A DNA stretch of 64,000 nt from an uncultured Christensenellaceae bacterium (GCA_944381365.1 CALWKW010000001.1:279100-343099), one strand, 5' to 3'; positions 20,042 to 30,260 are shown, numbered from the stretch's first letter. Notes: generated by a model from the letters alone, not told the origin. Translations and numbers: made by a program.

Positions 20042-20892
20042 TTTTCCGTTCTCCTTAACAGCTCCTTTGTGCTATTCAAAATACCATACCATAGTATGTT
20101 TGTCAATATGCCTTCATATTTTTTTACTTGGATTTTATCAAAATCGTTGCATATCGTGTGATAACAACTCATAAGTACAAAATCCAAGGTTTCTTTTTTA
20201 TCTGATAAAAAAGAGGCTTTGTCTTTGTATTCGTATCCTTGCAAAAATACATTGTACTTTTTCTCTTTAAAATCATCGTCTACATCATCGATAGCGTCAG
20301 CGAGATATACCCATTTGCCGATATTGTAAAGCATATTGCTTAAGTTTTCGTCATACTTGTCTTCAAATACGACTTCGCCTATTTTTACCATTATTTCGCC
20401 AAAAGGATGAGCTATTCTGTCAATGCTGTCGCACTTGTCTTTTTCAAGCTGCTCCAGCTCAAGATATTTTTGAGCGATATAACTATCAAGTTCGGGATAA
20501 ATCTTTTTTGCTTTTTTATAGTGCTTTTTTATTATAGCATTATCCACAAACTTCTTTGACAGCGATTTGTCATCGATAATGTCGTCTACACATTTATAAT
20601 GTGCAAGAATCGTGCCTATATCCACGATTTTTTGCGTAAGTTCGTCATCTTGTGCCGTAAGTTTTTTTACCACGACATTGAGCACGCACTTTTGCATCTT
20701 CATTTCAGGCTCAACATCGAGTACTCCGTGAGCAAGAATATTGAGAAAAGTCATATCGTAAGTGGTGTTTATTCGCATAAGCTGAGAACAACGCCTGCCG
20801 ATACTTTTGCACAATCCGCAATAAAAAGCACGGTAGCCGTAGTAATCTTTCATAAACATATTCATTTTGTCAGGTATTACATATCCGAACAT
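20020..20892 (-). CDS. DUF5685-like protein
   Basis: MFGYVIPDK...YRAFYCGLCKSIGRRC matches my recollection of the DUF5685 N-terminus. It overlaps the downstream J-domain gene by 22 nt. Confidence 0.65.
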   Translation of the reverse strand: MFGYVIPDKMNMFMKDYYGYRAFYCGLCKSIGRRCSQLMRINTTYDMTFLNILAHGVLDVEPEMKMQKCVLNVVVKKLTAQDDELTQKIVDIGTILAHYKCVDDIIDDKSLSKKFVDNAIIKKHYKKAKKIYPELDSYIAQKYLELEQLEKDKCDSIDRIAHPFGEIMVKIGEVVFEDKYDENLSNMLYNIGKWVYLADAIDDVDDDFKEKKYNVFLQGYEYKDKASFLSDKKETLDFVLMSCYHTICNDFDKIQVKKYEGILTNILWYGILNSTKELLRRTEKCKKARI

Positions 20893-21107
20893 ACACACCC
20901 TATCCTTTCGTCTTAGCGAAAAGGATTTTGCTTTTTGACTTCATTTTATGATAATCATAATATGCTTGACTACCCAAAAGATTTCTTGCTATTCAGATTT
21001 GTCTCTGAATATATTATAGATAATCAATATATAATTTATATAAAGTCTATACAAAATCCATATAAAATTTTTTGGCTTTTACAAAAATACCGCAAAATTT
21101 TATGTTT

Positions 21108-22100
21108 TTACAATATATATCCCAAAGCTTCCTTAAATCTTTTGAGGACTTTTTCTGCTTTTTGAGATGCTTTTTCCTGTCCTAGTTTTGCACACTTAAT
21201 GAGATAATCCTTTTCGCCTATAAGTCTGTTGTACTCAGTCTGGAAAGGTCTCAGCATTTCTACGACCGCTTCGCCCACTCTGACTTTTAAATCTCCGTAT
21301 CTCAAGCCTTGACACTCCTCAACAGTGCTCTCCAAAGACTTGTTTTGTGCCACGGCAAGAATTCTCAAAAGATTGGAAATGCCTGCTTTGTTTTCGGGAT
21401 CGTATGCAATGGTCGTATCGCTGTCAGTGACTGCCTTTTTGAATTTCTTCATAATTACGCTTGGCTCGTCAAGACAAGAAATCACTGCGTTGGGATTGGG
21501 GTCGGACTTGCTCATTTTGCTTTCAGGATCTTGCAAGCTCATGATTTTTGCTCCGACTTTGGGTATAAATCCCTCAGGAACTTTAAAGATATCGCCATAA
21601 ATATTGTTTACTCTCAAAGCTATATCTCTCGTAATCTCTATATGTTGAAGCTGGTCATAACCTACGGGTACCAAATCTGTATCGTACAAAAGGATATCTG
21701 CCGCCATAAGCACGGGATAATCCATAAGTCCCATATTGATATTGTCGGCATGCTTTAAAGACTTCTCCTTGAATTGAGTCATTCTGTTCATCTCGCCTAC
21801 ATAGGTAAAACAATTCAACAGCCATGCAAGCTCGCTGTGTTCATGCACATGAGATTGCAAATATACCGTGCTCTTTTCTACATCGAGACCTACCGCCAAA
21901 AGCAAAGCATAAAAGCTCCAGCAGTTTTTATTGAAAATCTGAGGGTCTTGTCTTACGGTAATAGTATGCAAATCGGCAAGGGCAAAAATACAATCGTTTG
22001 AAGCATCTGATTGCATATTTCTCCAATTATTGACAGCTCCTATATAATTGCCCAAAGTCATTATACCCGAAGGTTGGATAGCACTATAAATAGTCTTCAT
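21108..22100 (-). CDS. trpS: Tryptophan--tRNA ligase
   Basis: 330 aa class I aaRS with KMSKS (SKMSKSDPN) and a TLGNYIGA HIGH-like region. Confidence 0.93.
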   Translation of the reverse strand: MKTIYSAIQPSGIMTLGNYIGAVNNWRNMQSDASNDCIFALADLHTITVRQDPQIFNKNCWSFYALLLAVGLDVEKSTVYLQSHVHEHSELAWLLNCFTYVGEMNRMTQFKEKSLKHADNINMGLMDYPVLMAADILLYDTDLVPVGYDQLQHIEITRDIALRVNNIYGDIFKVPEGFIPKVGAKIMSLQDPESKMSKSDPNPNAVISCLDEPSVIMKKFKKAVTDSDTTIAYDPENKAGISNLLRILAVAQNKSLESTVEECQGLRYGDLKVRVGEAVVEMLRPFQTEYNRLIGEKDYLIKCAKLGQEKASQKAEKVLKRFKEALGYIL

Positions 22101-22203
22101 AAATCTCCTTTTTGCTCATAAACTTTTTTGATATGCCTCTGACATATCGCATCGCATTATTCTAAAGCCGAGTATGATTGATATCAATCACACTCGATGC
22201 CGA

Positions 22204-23691
22204 TTAATTCTTTTGAGTATATTTCAATACTTCTTCTGCAATATCCTTTTTGTCTATTACATTTGTAAATCTGATTTCTCTCTTGTCAAGATCTGCCAAA
22301 GGCTCGGGCACTTCTTCGCCTGTAAAGGATTCGAGCTTTTTGGTAGCTTTCTGAGCGTCATCTACTCTTTCTCCCGATACTGCTTCATACACATCGCAAG
22401 GGAATTTATAAGCGTTTGCCGTAGATACGATGACAGAAGGAGTTTCGTCATTGGTAGCTTCATAATAATCGTCATATACGCTCATTGCCACAGCGGTGTG
22501 AGTATCCATAAGATAATCATAAGCCTCGAGACAGTTGTCGATAACTTCCTTTGTGTCCTTTTCTGTCGCAAAACCTACTGAGAAAATCTTGTTGAGTCTT
22601 TGAAGTTCGTCATTGGATATCGAATATTTGCCGTCTTTTTTGAGTGCGTCCATTCTCTCTTTGATAAGTTTGTCATTTCTTCCGCTGAATTCAAACAACA
22701 AACGCTCGAGATTTGAGCTTATGAGAATATCCATTGAAGGACTCATTGTCTTGTGGAATTCTCTGTGAATATCATAAGTACCCGTATTGAAGAAATCTGT
22801 GAGTACATTGTTGACATTTGATGCACATATAAGTTTGTTTACGCCTACTCCCATAAGAGAAGCATAGTAGCCTGCAAGAATGTTTCCGAAATTTCCGCTG
22901 GGTACACAGAAGTTTACTTTGTCGCCGAGTTTGATTTTTCCGGAAGATATCAAATCGCAATAGCTCGATACATAATAAGCTATCTGAGGAGCGAGTCTGC
23001 CCCAGTTGATAGAGTTTGCAGAAGACAACTTATATCCGTTTGCAAGAAGTTTTGCCTGAATTTCGCTGTCATTGAAAATTGTCTTGACTGCCGACTGTGC
23101 ATCATCGAAATTTCCGTCAATAGCACATACATACACATTTTTACCTTGCTGAGTCATCATTTGCAATTTTTGCATATCGCTTACGCCCTGAGAAGGATAG
23201 AATACGATAATATCCGTTCCGTCAACATCCTTAAAGCCTTCGAGAGCGGCTTTTCCCGTATCGCCGGAAGTAGCCACCAAAATCAGAGTTCTTGAATCTT
23301 CGCCCGTCTTTTTTCTGGCTGCGGACAAAAGATGAGGCAACATAGTGAGTGCCATATCCTTAAACGCACAAGTAGGTCCGTGCCAAAGTTCGAGTACATA
23401 CAAATCTTCGTCAACATTGACCAAAGGACAAGGGTCCTCGCCGTAAAATCTCGAATAAGCTTTTTGAGTATAATCGAGAAGTTCTTCGTATGTATAATCC
23501 TCGAGATACATTGACAAAACTTTTGCCACTCTCTCGGGATAGCTCATTGCGATAAGCTCTTCGAAGTCTTTTTCGCTGAGTTTGGGGAAAACTTCGGGGA
23601 CAAAAAGTCCGCCGTCTTTTGCAAGTCCGCTGACGATAGCCTGAGCGGAGCTGACCTTTATTGATTTGTTTCTTGTGCTGATGTAATTCAT
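22204..23691 (-). CDS. thrC: Threonine synthase (long form)
   Basis: 495 aa, MNYISTRN...CAFKDMAL (PLP-lysine motif). Confidence 0.9.
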   Translation of the reverse strand: MNYISTRNKSIKVSSAQAIVSGLAKDGGLFVPEVFPKLSEKDFEELIAMSYPERVAKVLSMYLEDYTYEELLDYTQKAYSRFYGEDPCPLVNVDEDLYVLELWHGPTCAFKDMALTMLPHLLSAARKKTGEDSRTLILVATSGDTGKAALEGFKDVDGTDIIVFYPSQGVSDMQKLQMMTQQGKNVYVCAIDGNFDDAQSAVKTIFNDSEIQAKLLANGYKLSSANSINWGRLAPQIAYYVSSYCDLISSGKIKLGDKVNFCVPSGNFGNILAGYYASLMGVGVNKLICASNVNNVLTDFFNTGTYDIHREFHKTMSPSMDILISSNLERLLFEFSGRNDKLIKERMDALKKDGKYSISNDELQRLNKIFSVGFATEKDTKEVIDNCLEAYDYLMDTHTAVAMSVYDDYYEATNDETPSVIVSTANAYKFPCDVYEAVSGERVDDAQKATKKLESFTGEEVPEPLADLDKREIRFTNVIDKKDIAEEVLKYTQKN

Positions 23692-23787
23692 ATATATGAC
23701 TCCAAAATTGTATTGTTTTTTATTGTTTTGCCTTATCCGATATTTATCAAACAGATTATCGTATAAAGCGATGCTGCGATTTATCTT

Positions 23788-24858
23788 TTAATTGTCAAGC
23801 TTTGACAACAAAGCATTCTGATTTGCAAGTTGCAATGCCTCGAGCATTTCCGTGAGGTCGCCGTCCATGAAGCTGTCGAGATTGTACATAGTAAAGCCGA
23901 TTCTGTGGTCGGTAACCCTGTTTTGAGGGAAATTGTATGTTCTGATTTTTTCTGACCTATCGCCGCTTCCTATCTGAGTTTTTCTGTTTGCGGCATATTC
24001 GCTTTCGGCTTTTTGGCTGTAATAATCATAAAGTCTGGACTTTAAGACATTCATAGCCTGCTCTCTGTTTTTTATCTGCGAACGCTCGTCCTGAGACGCT
24101 ACGACAATACCTGTGGGCAAGTGAGTAATACGCACGGCACTTTCTGTCTTGTTGACATGCTGACCGCCTGCACCGCTCGAGCGATAAGTATCTATCTTGA
24201 GGTCTTTTTCAGCAATCTCAATCTGTATATCGGGAGCTTCGGGAAGAATTGCCACCGTAGCGGTAGAAGTATGAACTCTGCCCTGAGATTCCGTCTCGGG
24301 AACTCTCTGCACTCTGTGAACGCCGCTTTCGTATTTGAGTTTTGCATAAGCACCTTTGCCGCTTATCATAAATACTACTTCTTTGGCTCCGCCGAGTTCT
24401 GTATAGTTCATATCGATTTCTTTTATCTTCCAACGCATACGCTCGGCATAACGCATATACATTCTTACAAGCTCGGCTCCGAAAAGTCCGCCTTCTTCGC
24501 CGCCTGCACCTGCTCTGACTTCGACAATTACATTGTTGTCATCATTGGGGTCAACGGGAAGCAAGGAAACTTTGAGTTCATGAACAAGCTCTGCACTGTC
24601 TTTTTGGGCCTGATGCAGCTCTTCTTTTGCCAAAGCCGTCATCTCTTCATCGCTGCCGTCATTTATTATTTCAAAACATTCTTCGATATTCTTTTGCAAA
24701 GCAAGATACTTTTTATAAAGCTCGATAGTACCTTCCATCTGAGAATGCTCCTTGACAAGCTTTTGCCATTTTTCCTGATCGGCTATTATCTCGGGATCGG
24801 CAATAAGTTTTGTCAATTCCTCAAATCTTTTCATCATCCATTCAAGTTTTTCAAACAT
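23788..24858 (-). CDS. prfA: Peptide chain release factor 1
   Basis: 356 aa with the GGQ motif ([11 protein letters not shown]) and the RF1-type PxT region context. Confidence 0.95.
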   Translation of the reverse strand: MFEKLEWMMKRFEELTKLIADPEIIADQEKWQKLVKEHSQMEGTIELYKKYLALQKNIEECFEIINDGSDEEMTALAKEELHQAQKDSAELVHELKVSLLPVDPNDDNNVIVEVRAGAGGEEGGLFGAELVRMYMRYAERMRWKIKEIDMNYTELGGAKEVVFMISGKGAYAKLKYESGVHRVQRVPETESQGRVHTSTATVAILPEAPDIQIEIAEKDLKIDTYRSSGAGGQHVNKTESAVRITHLPTGIVVASQDERSQIKNREQAMNVLKSRLYDYYSQKAESEYAANRKTQIGSGDRSEKIRTYNFPQNRVTDHRIGFTMYNLDSFMDGDLTEMLEALQLANQNALLSKLDN

Positions 24859-24979
24859 ATATACATCCTATATACACAAATTTCTTATCTTTATCTTTTT
24901 GTCTTATCGATTTTTTACTTGTCTTTTGTCATCTTAATACTTTTGATGACTTGTCAAAGCTCATAAATTCAAAAGTCAT

Positions 24980-26854
24980 TTAGCTTTTTGCTGCCACTTC
25001 TTCTTTGCCGCTTATATCAGACAAAGGCACATCCTTTTTTTGAGCTATGACTATTCTGTCGATTCCCTGCAAGTCTTTAACTATCTCACTCTCAAAATTC
25101 TTTCCGAGAATCATACAGACATCTTCTGCCTGCTCGGCTCCGCATTCAAGAGCCAAAATACCATTATCTTTAAGATAATCACCAGCTTTTTTTGCAAAAA
25201 TTCTATAAAAATTCAATCCGTCTTCTCCGCCGTCCAAAGATATCAAAGGGTCATAATCTCTCACTTCTTTGTCAAGATGGTGAATATCCTTTGTCTTTAT
25301 ATAAGGAGGATTGGATACGATTATGTCATATTTGCCTTCTATATTGCAAAACATATCGCTTTCTACAAAACTTATTTTGTCGTCAGCTTGATTATCAATT
25401 GCGTTTTGTCTGGCTACTTCCAAAGCTTTGGGGCTTATATCAGATGCGGTAATCTTGCAATTTGCCGTCTTCTTTGCAAGCACGACAGCTATACAGCCGC
25501 TGCCCGTACACATATCGAGAATTTGGCAATCGGGCTTTGCTCTTTTTATTACTTCTTCGCAAAGTCCTTCTGTCTCAGGTCTTGGACAAAGCACATCGGA
25601 AGTAATCTTGATGTCAAAGCCATAAAAGTCTACTTTGCCGAAAACTCTCCACAAAGGCATTCCCGTAGCTCGTTTTTTTGCAAACTCGACAATCTTTTCA
25701 TAATCAATCTGATTTATTTGTTCCACATTGTCAAGCTCGCTTCTCTTGATGCCGAGCACTTCGCAGAATATCCAATCGATATCGCTCTTGTCTGCCTTTT
25801 TGAGCATTGTTTCTATATCTTTTCTTACTTTTGCATAAGGCTTTTTGGTGTCAAATCGCTGTTCGGGAACAGTAGGGTCTGCATCCATTGCCATTACCGT
25901 CTTAAAAGCAGTGATAGCACACTCTACCATATCATCGGTAGGTTGTCTTGTGGTAAGCTTTTGAAGAGCAAGTCCGGGAGCTTTGAGAATACGCACAAAC
26001 CAGTTGTCGTACTTTGCCAAAGTCTTGAGCATCTCATAGCTTATACCCATAATTATAGGAAGAAGGATAATTCTAGAAGCAAACAAAATCACTTCTTTCC
26101 ATCCGCCCAACACTTCCATATAGGGCTCGAATATTCCCACTATCGAAAATACGAATATGCTCACAAGCATTATTATAAACATAAAGGTCGTGCCGCATCT
26201 GTCATGAATGGTGGACATTTTCTGCACATTTTCTACCGTAAGTTCAAGCTCGTTTTCATAGGCACTTATTGTCTTGTGCTCTGCACCGTGGTACATATAA
26301 GTACGCTTTACGGTCTTTATAAGAGTAGTAAACCATATATAAAGCACAAAAATAATTATTCTCAAAATGCCTTCGCCTATCGCATAAAGCACCGTGACAT
26401 ACCACAAGCTGTTTGCCTCATCGCCAAACCTATGAGCCACCAAAGCTTTTATACCTGTGAGAATTCCCAATGGCAAAAAGAAGAAAAGTCCCAAAGCAAG
26501 CAAAACTCCTAAAATGACGGAAAACACCATCATCACATCATAGATATTGACTTTGAGCTTTTCGGCAAACCATTTTTCTACTTTTCCGGGCTCCTCGTCT
26601 CCGCCAAACACTTCTCCCGAACGCATAAGAGTACGCATACCCAAAACCATAGTGCTGAAGAAGTTGAAAACTCCTCTGACAAAAGGAATGCGATATCTCA
26701 AAGGTTTTTTGTCTACGGAAGTAATATATTTGCTTTCGACAACAATCTTGCCGCTCTCATCTCTTACGGCAGTAGCGACAGAGCGTTCGCCCTTCATCAT
26801 TACGCCTTCTATTACAGCCTGACCGCCTATTCTCGATGTTCTTTTTCTAGCCAT
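24980..26854 (-). CDS. prmC: Fusion protein: DUF1385 membrane domain + release-factor glutamine methyltransferase PrmC/HemK
   Basis: The N-terminus is IGGQAVIEGVMMKG followed by TM segments (DUF1385). The C-terminal half has SAM motif DMCTGSGCIA and catalytic NPPY (VSNPPYI). It is a single uninterrupted 624-codon frame. Confidence 0.88.
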   Translation of the reverse strand: MARKRTSRIGGQAVIEGVMMKGERSVATAVRDESGKIVVESKYITSVDKKPLRYRIPFVRGVFNFFSTMVLGMRTLMRSGEVFGGDEEPGKVEKWFAEKLKVNIYDVMMVFSVILGVLLALGLFFFLPLGILTGIKALVAHRFGDEANSLWYVTVLYAIGEGILRIIIFVLYIWFTTLIKTVKRTYMYHGAEHKTISAYENELELTVENVQKMSTIHDRCGTTFMFIIMLVSIFVFSIVGIFEPYMEVLGGWKEVILFASRIILLPIIMGISYEMLKTLAKYDNWFVRILKAPGLALQKLTTRQPTDDMVECAITAFKTVMAMDADPTVPEQRFDTKKPYAKVRKDIETMLKKADKSDIDWIFCEVLGIKRSELDNVEQINQIDYEKIVEFAKKRATGMPLWRVFGKVDFYGFDIKITSDVLCPRPETEGLCEEVIKRAKPDCQILDMCTGSGCIAVVLAKKTANCKITASDISPKALEVARQNAIDNQADDKISFVESDMFCNIEGKYDIIVSNPPYIKTKDIHHLDKEVRDYDPLISLDGGEDGLNFYRIFAKKAGDYLKDNGILALECGAEQAEDVCMILGKNFESEIVKDLQGIDRIVIAQKKDVPLSDISGKEEVAAKS

Positions 26855-27052
26855 ATTTCAAAATCCTGTAATTTCTATTTTACAATTATACTATGAATTT
26901 CGTAGATTGTCTATTAAATAAAAATATCTTTTAATACTTAATATAATATTTTAACAAAAAATATATATTTTTTACAAATTATCAGAATAAAAAACAATAC
27001 AAACTCTTTGATTTAAGACAATTTTTAAATAATTATAGCAAAAAAGACAAAT

Positions 27053-27077
27053 AAAAAACAGGGGTAAAAACCCCTGT
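27053..27077 (-). terminator. Intrinsic terminator of rpmE
   Basis: Minus strand reads ACAGGGG-ttttta-CCCCTGT followed by TTTTTT. Confidence 0.85.
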
Positions 27078-27105
27078 CGATTGCATAACAATGCTTGACA
27101 AATTC

Positions 27106-27309
27106 TTACAAGCTATAACGCTTCTTGAACTTATCTACTCTACCACCGGTATCTACAAGCTTTTGCTTACCTGTATAGTAGGGATGACACTTGCTGCAAA
27201 CTTCGACCTTGATGGTATCTCCCTCTTTGGTAGAACCACAAACAAAGCTGGCACCACAAGCACATACAACTGTCACATCATGGTAATTAGGTTGGATATT
27301 CTCGTTCAT
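27106..27309 (-). CDS. rpmE: 50S ribosomal protein L31 (Zn-ribbon type A)
   Basis: 67 aa, [10 protein letters not shown]...CACG...[13 protein letters not shown]. Confidence 0.95.
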   Translation of the reverse strand: MNENIQPNYHDVTVVCACGASFVCGSTKEGDTIKVEVCSKCHPYYTGKQKLVDTGGRVDKFKKRYSL

Positions 27310-27344
27310 ATTATCACCTCACCTGCGAAATTCTTTACTCAATG

Positions 27345-27373
27345 ATTATACTCATAAACTTTTTATAAGTCAA
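27345..27373 (-). promoter_or_regulatory. Putative rpmE promoter (TTGACT-17-TATAAT)
   Basis: Read on the minus strand with exact 17-nt spacing, about 35 nt upstream of the ATG. Confidence 0.55.
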
Positions 27374-27793
27374 GCATAATTGACAAGTATTTTGAATAAT
27401 TTTGCTTTCAATCACTCAAAAAGATTTTATTATGTTCATTATAGCTCTTTGTATCGATTTTTAAAATATGATAAAACCAAATTATATAATTTTTGTCCAA
27501 GTGCGAAATTTTATACAAAATACTCTAAAATTGTCTAAAAATTTTTATACCTTTCAAAAAATCAATGCCAAAATTTGTATATCGCCAAAATTGTTTTACC
27601 CTCTCCTGCATACGATAAAGCCACTTTATCTTGTCAAAAAAAGTTTTCAAAATAGAAGGGTATCAAAGCTTAAATTTGCCATAATTTGATATAAATTTTT
27701 TGAATAAAATCGTCTTGATTTTGAGCATATTTTTGCGATATGTGTCGATAAAAGCCTATTAATCCTTATTTTTGACAATTTTGTCGAGGTTGC

Positions 27794-27822
27794 TTGCACA
27801 TTCAAATAAACTATGCTATAAT
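27794..27822 (+). promoter_or_regulatory. Putative promoter (TTGCAC-17-TGcTATAAT, extended -10)
   Basis: Hexamers plus a TGn extension, 28 nt upstream of the ATG at 27850. Confidence 0.55.
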
Positions 27823-27849
27823 GCTTTTACTTGTTAATTTAGAGGGTGT

Positions 27850-28824
27850 ATGAAATCTTATAAAATCACAAAAAGTTTCACTATCGAAGAGCAAATCGAG
27901 GACAGTAATGCTTCTTTAAAGGATTGTGCAAAGATAAAACTTATCCGTGCGTCAATATGTCCGAGCGATGTAGCTCTCTTTCAGGGAAAAACCGAAGGCG
28001 TTTCTCTTCCCATTACTCCTTGCCGTATTGCGGTAGGTCTTGTCAGCGAAAGCGAAGACATTACTTTGAGAAAAGGTCAGAGAGTCATGCTCTCTCCCTA
28101 TACTCGCTTGGAAAACGGCAGTTATGTAATAAACGGTCTTAAAGAAAACGGCTATCTCGGCGATTATGTCTATGTTCCCCTTCACAATATCTATACCATT
28201 CCCGATGGCATAAGCGATAATTCAATTACTTTTATCGAAGATATCGCTATGGCTCTCAATGTAATAGAAAAGCTCGATGTGGAAAAGACAAAGTATGTCA
28301 TGCTTTACGGCTGCACTACCGTAAACCTTATTATCGCTCAGCTTTGTATTTATTATCAAGCTATTCCTATCATTATAGATAATGACAATGCAAGACTCAG
28401 CATTGCTCAGGAACAAGGCATTTATTATTGTATAAATTATGCCGAAGAAGAAGTCTTGCAAAAAATAAGAGAAATCACAAGCGGAAAGCTCGTGGATTAT
28501 CTCATACTCGACAGCGATATTTGTGACGAGATCGGCAGAATGCTCCACTATGTGAGAGTCAACGGCAAAGTAGCCATAGTAGGTTATGACAAATCCGTAC
28601 AATCCTTGAAAGGCGACTTCTCTCCCGTGATAAAAAACAATCTTACCGTATACGGCATAAATGACGGCTACGGCGAAATAGAAACGGCAATCAATATGCT
28701 TGCTACCGAAACGGTCAATGTAGACAAGATGATAGACAGCATCGAAGACATAGCCGATATACAGACTACTCTGTCAAATCTTGCAAAAACTCACAACTAT
28801 TTCAAGACAATCATAAAGTGCTGA
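27850..28824 (+). CDS. Medium-chain dehydrogenase/reductase (zinc-ADH-like) family protein, divergent
   Basis: 324 aa with a GroES-like N-terminus (IRASICPSD) and a Rossmann-like middle. The canonical GHE motif, structural-Zn Cys loop and GxGxxG are not recognisable. Confidence 0.6.
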   Translation: MKSYKITKSFTIEEQIEDSNASLKDCAKIKLIRASICPSDVALFQGKTEGVSLPITPCRIAVGLVSESEDITLRKGQRVMLSPYTRLENGSYVINGLKENGYLGDYVYVPLHNIYTIPDGISDNSITFIEDIAMALNVIEKLDVEKTKYVMLYGCTTVNLIIAQLCIYYQAIPIIIDNDNARLSIAQEQGIYYCINYAEEEVLQKIREITSGKLVDYLILDSDICDEIGRMLHYVRVNGKVAIVGYDKSVQSLKGDFSPVIKNNLTVYGINDGYGEIETAINMLATETVNVDKMIDSIEDIADIQTTLSNLAKTHNYFKTIIKC

Positions 28825-28838
28825 TAACTAAAAAATAT

Positions 28839-28862
28839 GAGCGACAAAAGTCGCTCTTTTTT
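28839..28862. terminator. Bidirectional intrinsic terminator (MDR gene / murC)
   Basis: GAGCGAC-aaaa-GTCGCTC with a T-run downstream and an A-run upstream, between convergent genes. Confidence 0.85.
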
Positions 28863-28907
28863 ATATCCTTTAACAAATTCTTTTTATCATAAAGTTTTTA
28901 TTTGTAT

Positions 28908-30260
28908 TTATTGCACAAGCTTTTGAGCAAGAGAATATACACTGCCAGCCCCCAAGACTATCACGACATCGTCTTTTGATGTATGCTCGTTTATGTATTC
29001 ATAGGCTTTGTCATAAGAATCCATATACAATGCACATTCTCCTCTTTTGTTGATATAACAAGTCAAATCAATGCCGTCATAGCCTTGATTTTTTGTTTCT
29101 CTTGCCGAATATGTAGGCAATATGAGCAATTCGTCTGTCCAGAAAAAGCATTGTGCAAAGTCATCGAGAAGTACCTTTGTCCTCGAATATGTATGAGGCT
29201 CGAACACTGCTACTATTCTCCCTTTGGTCATAAGTCTCAATGTGTCGATAGTGGCACATATTTCTCTGGGATGATGAGCATAATCGGCTATGATTTTTGC
29301 TCCGCTCTGACTCTTTCCCATAATAGAAAATCTTCTGTCCACCCCCTCAAAGCTTTCGATACACTCTGCCACTTCTCTTATATTTTGCCACATAATTCTA
29401 GATACGGCAATTACCGCCAAAGCATTGAGAACATTGTGTTTTCCATACACATTGAGATGAATATCTGTGAGTTTTTGACCTCTCATCAAAACGGCAAAAG
29501 AGAATTTTCCGTCTTTTTGAGTGATATTCACGGCTCTGAAATCTGCGTCTTCGCCAAGTCCGAAAGTATAGATTTTGTCTTTATTTTCTATTCTTTGCAA
29601 ATCAAGCGTCTTGTATGTATTCTCTTCTGCCACAACCACTTGCGACTGCTCTGCAAACTGTCTGAAAGCATCATACATATCTTCTTTTGACGGATATGTA
29701 TCGGGATGGTCATAATCGCTGTTGAGTATCACTCCCACAGTGGGTTCCAACGCAAGAAAACTTCTTTTGTATTCACACGCTTCTGTGACAAAATAATCAT
29801 CGCCTGTGTTGATAAAATTGCAATGCTCCTGACTTATGATGCCGCCGAGATGACCTTTGAATCCAACTCTCAGACACTTTAAGACATAGCAAAGCATTGC
29901 TGTCGTGGTCGTCTTGCCATGACTTCCCGATATTGCGATAAGGCTCTTGCATTCTTTTGATATCAATGCCAAAAAAGCTTTTCGCTCCATACAGCGGATT
30001 CTGTTGGTACGGGCAAACTTTAATTCTGTATCATCATCTCCTATCGCTCCCGTATATACCACCAAATCGCTTTGTGCGACTATACTGTTGTTGCTACCTG
30101 TATAGACATTGAGCCCCATATCTTTGAGCTTTTGCAATGTGAAAGAATCCTCTCTGTCCGAGCCGCTTACCCAAGCACCGCTTTCGCTCGCAAGCATTGC
30201 CAAAGCCGACATACTGCTGCCGCCTATACCTATAAAATGTATCTTTCTAAAATCCAACAT
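28908..30260 (-). CDS. murC: UDP-N-acetylmuramate--L-alanine ligase
   Basis: 450 aa, IHFIGIGGSSMSALA and GSHGKTTTT Mur-ligase motifs. Confidence 0.92.
   Translation of the reverse strand: MLDFRKIHFIGIGGSSMSALAMLASESGAWVSGSDREDSFTLQKLKDMGLNVYTGSNNSIVAQSDLVVYTGAIGDDDTELKFARTNRIRCMERKAFLALISKECKSLIAISGSHGKTTTTAMLCYVLKCLRVGFKGHLGGIISQEHCNFINTGDDYFVTEACEYKRSFLALEPTVGVILNSDYDHPDTYPSKEDMYDAFRQFAEQSQVVVAEENTYKTLDLQRIENKDKIYTFGLGEDADFRAVNITQKDGKFSFAVLMRGQKLTDIHLNVYGKHNVLNALAVIAVSRIMWQNIREVAECIESFEGVDRRFSIMGKSQSGAKIIADYAHHPREICATIDTLRLMTKGRIVAVFEPHTYSRTKVLLDDFAQCFFWTDELLILPTYSARETKNQGYDGIDLTCYINKRGECALYMDSYDKAYEYINEHTSKDDVVIVLGAGSVYSLAQKLVQ

Noticed and set aside
22101-22203. A T-box leader upstream of trpS, and likewise upstream of tyrS (59809-60010).
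   Set aside because: The intergenic regions are only about 100 and 200 nt. Neither contains the conserved T-box sequence (AAnnnGGGTGGTACCGCG-like) or a specifier/antiterminator architecture on the relevant strand.
25040-26512. A 490-aa plus-strand ORF, one of several very long antisense ORFs. Others are 43168-44226, 37435-38355, 9069-10028, 24121-24966, 28983-29690 and 17327-17959.
   Set aside because: Each lies entirely antisense to a gene with unmistakable conserved motifs (PrmC, ParC, portal, RNase J, RF1, MurC, PEPCK). They lack SD sequences and have skewed, low-complexity compositions. They are the usual shadow frames of AT-rich coding DNA.
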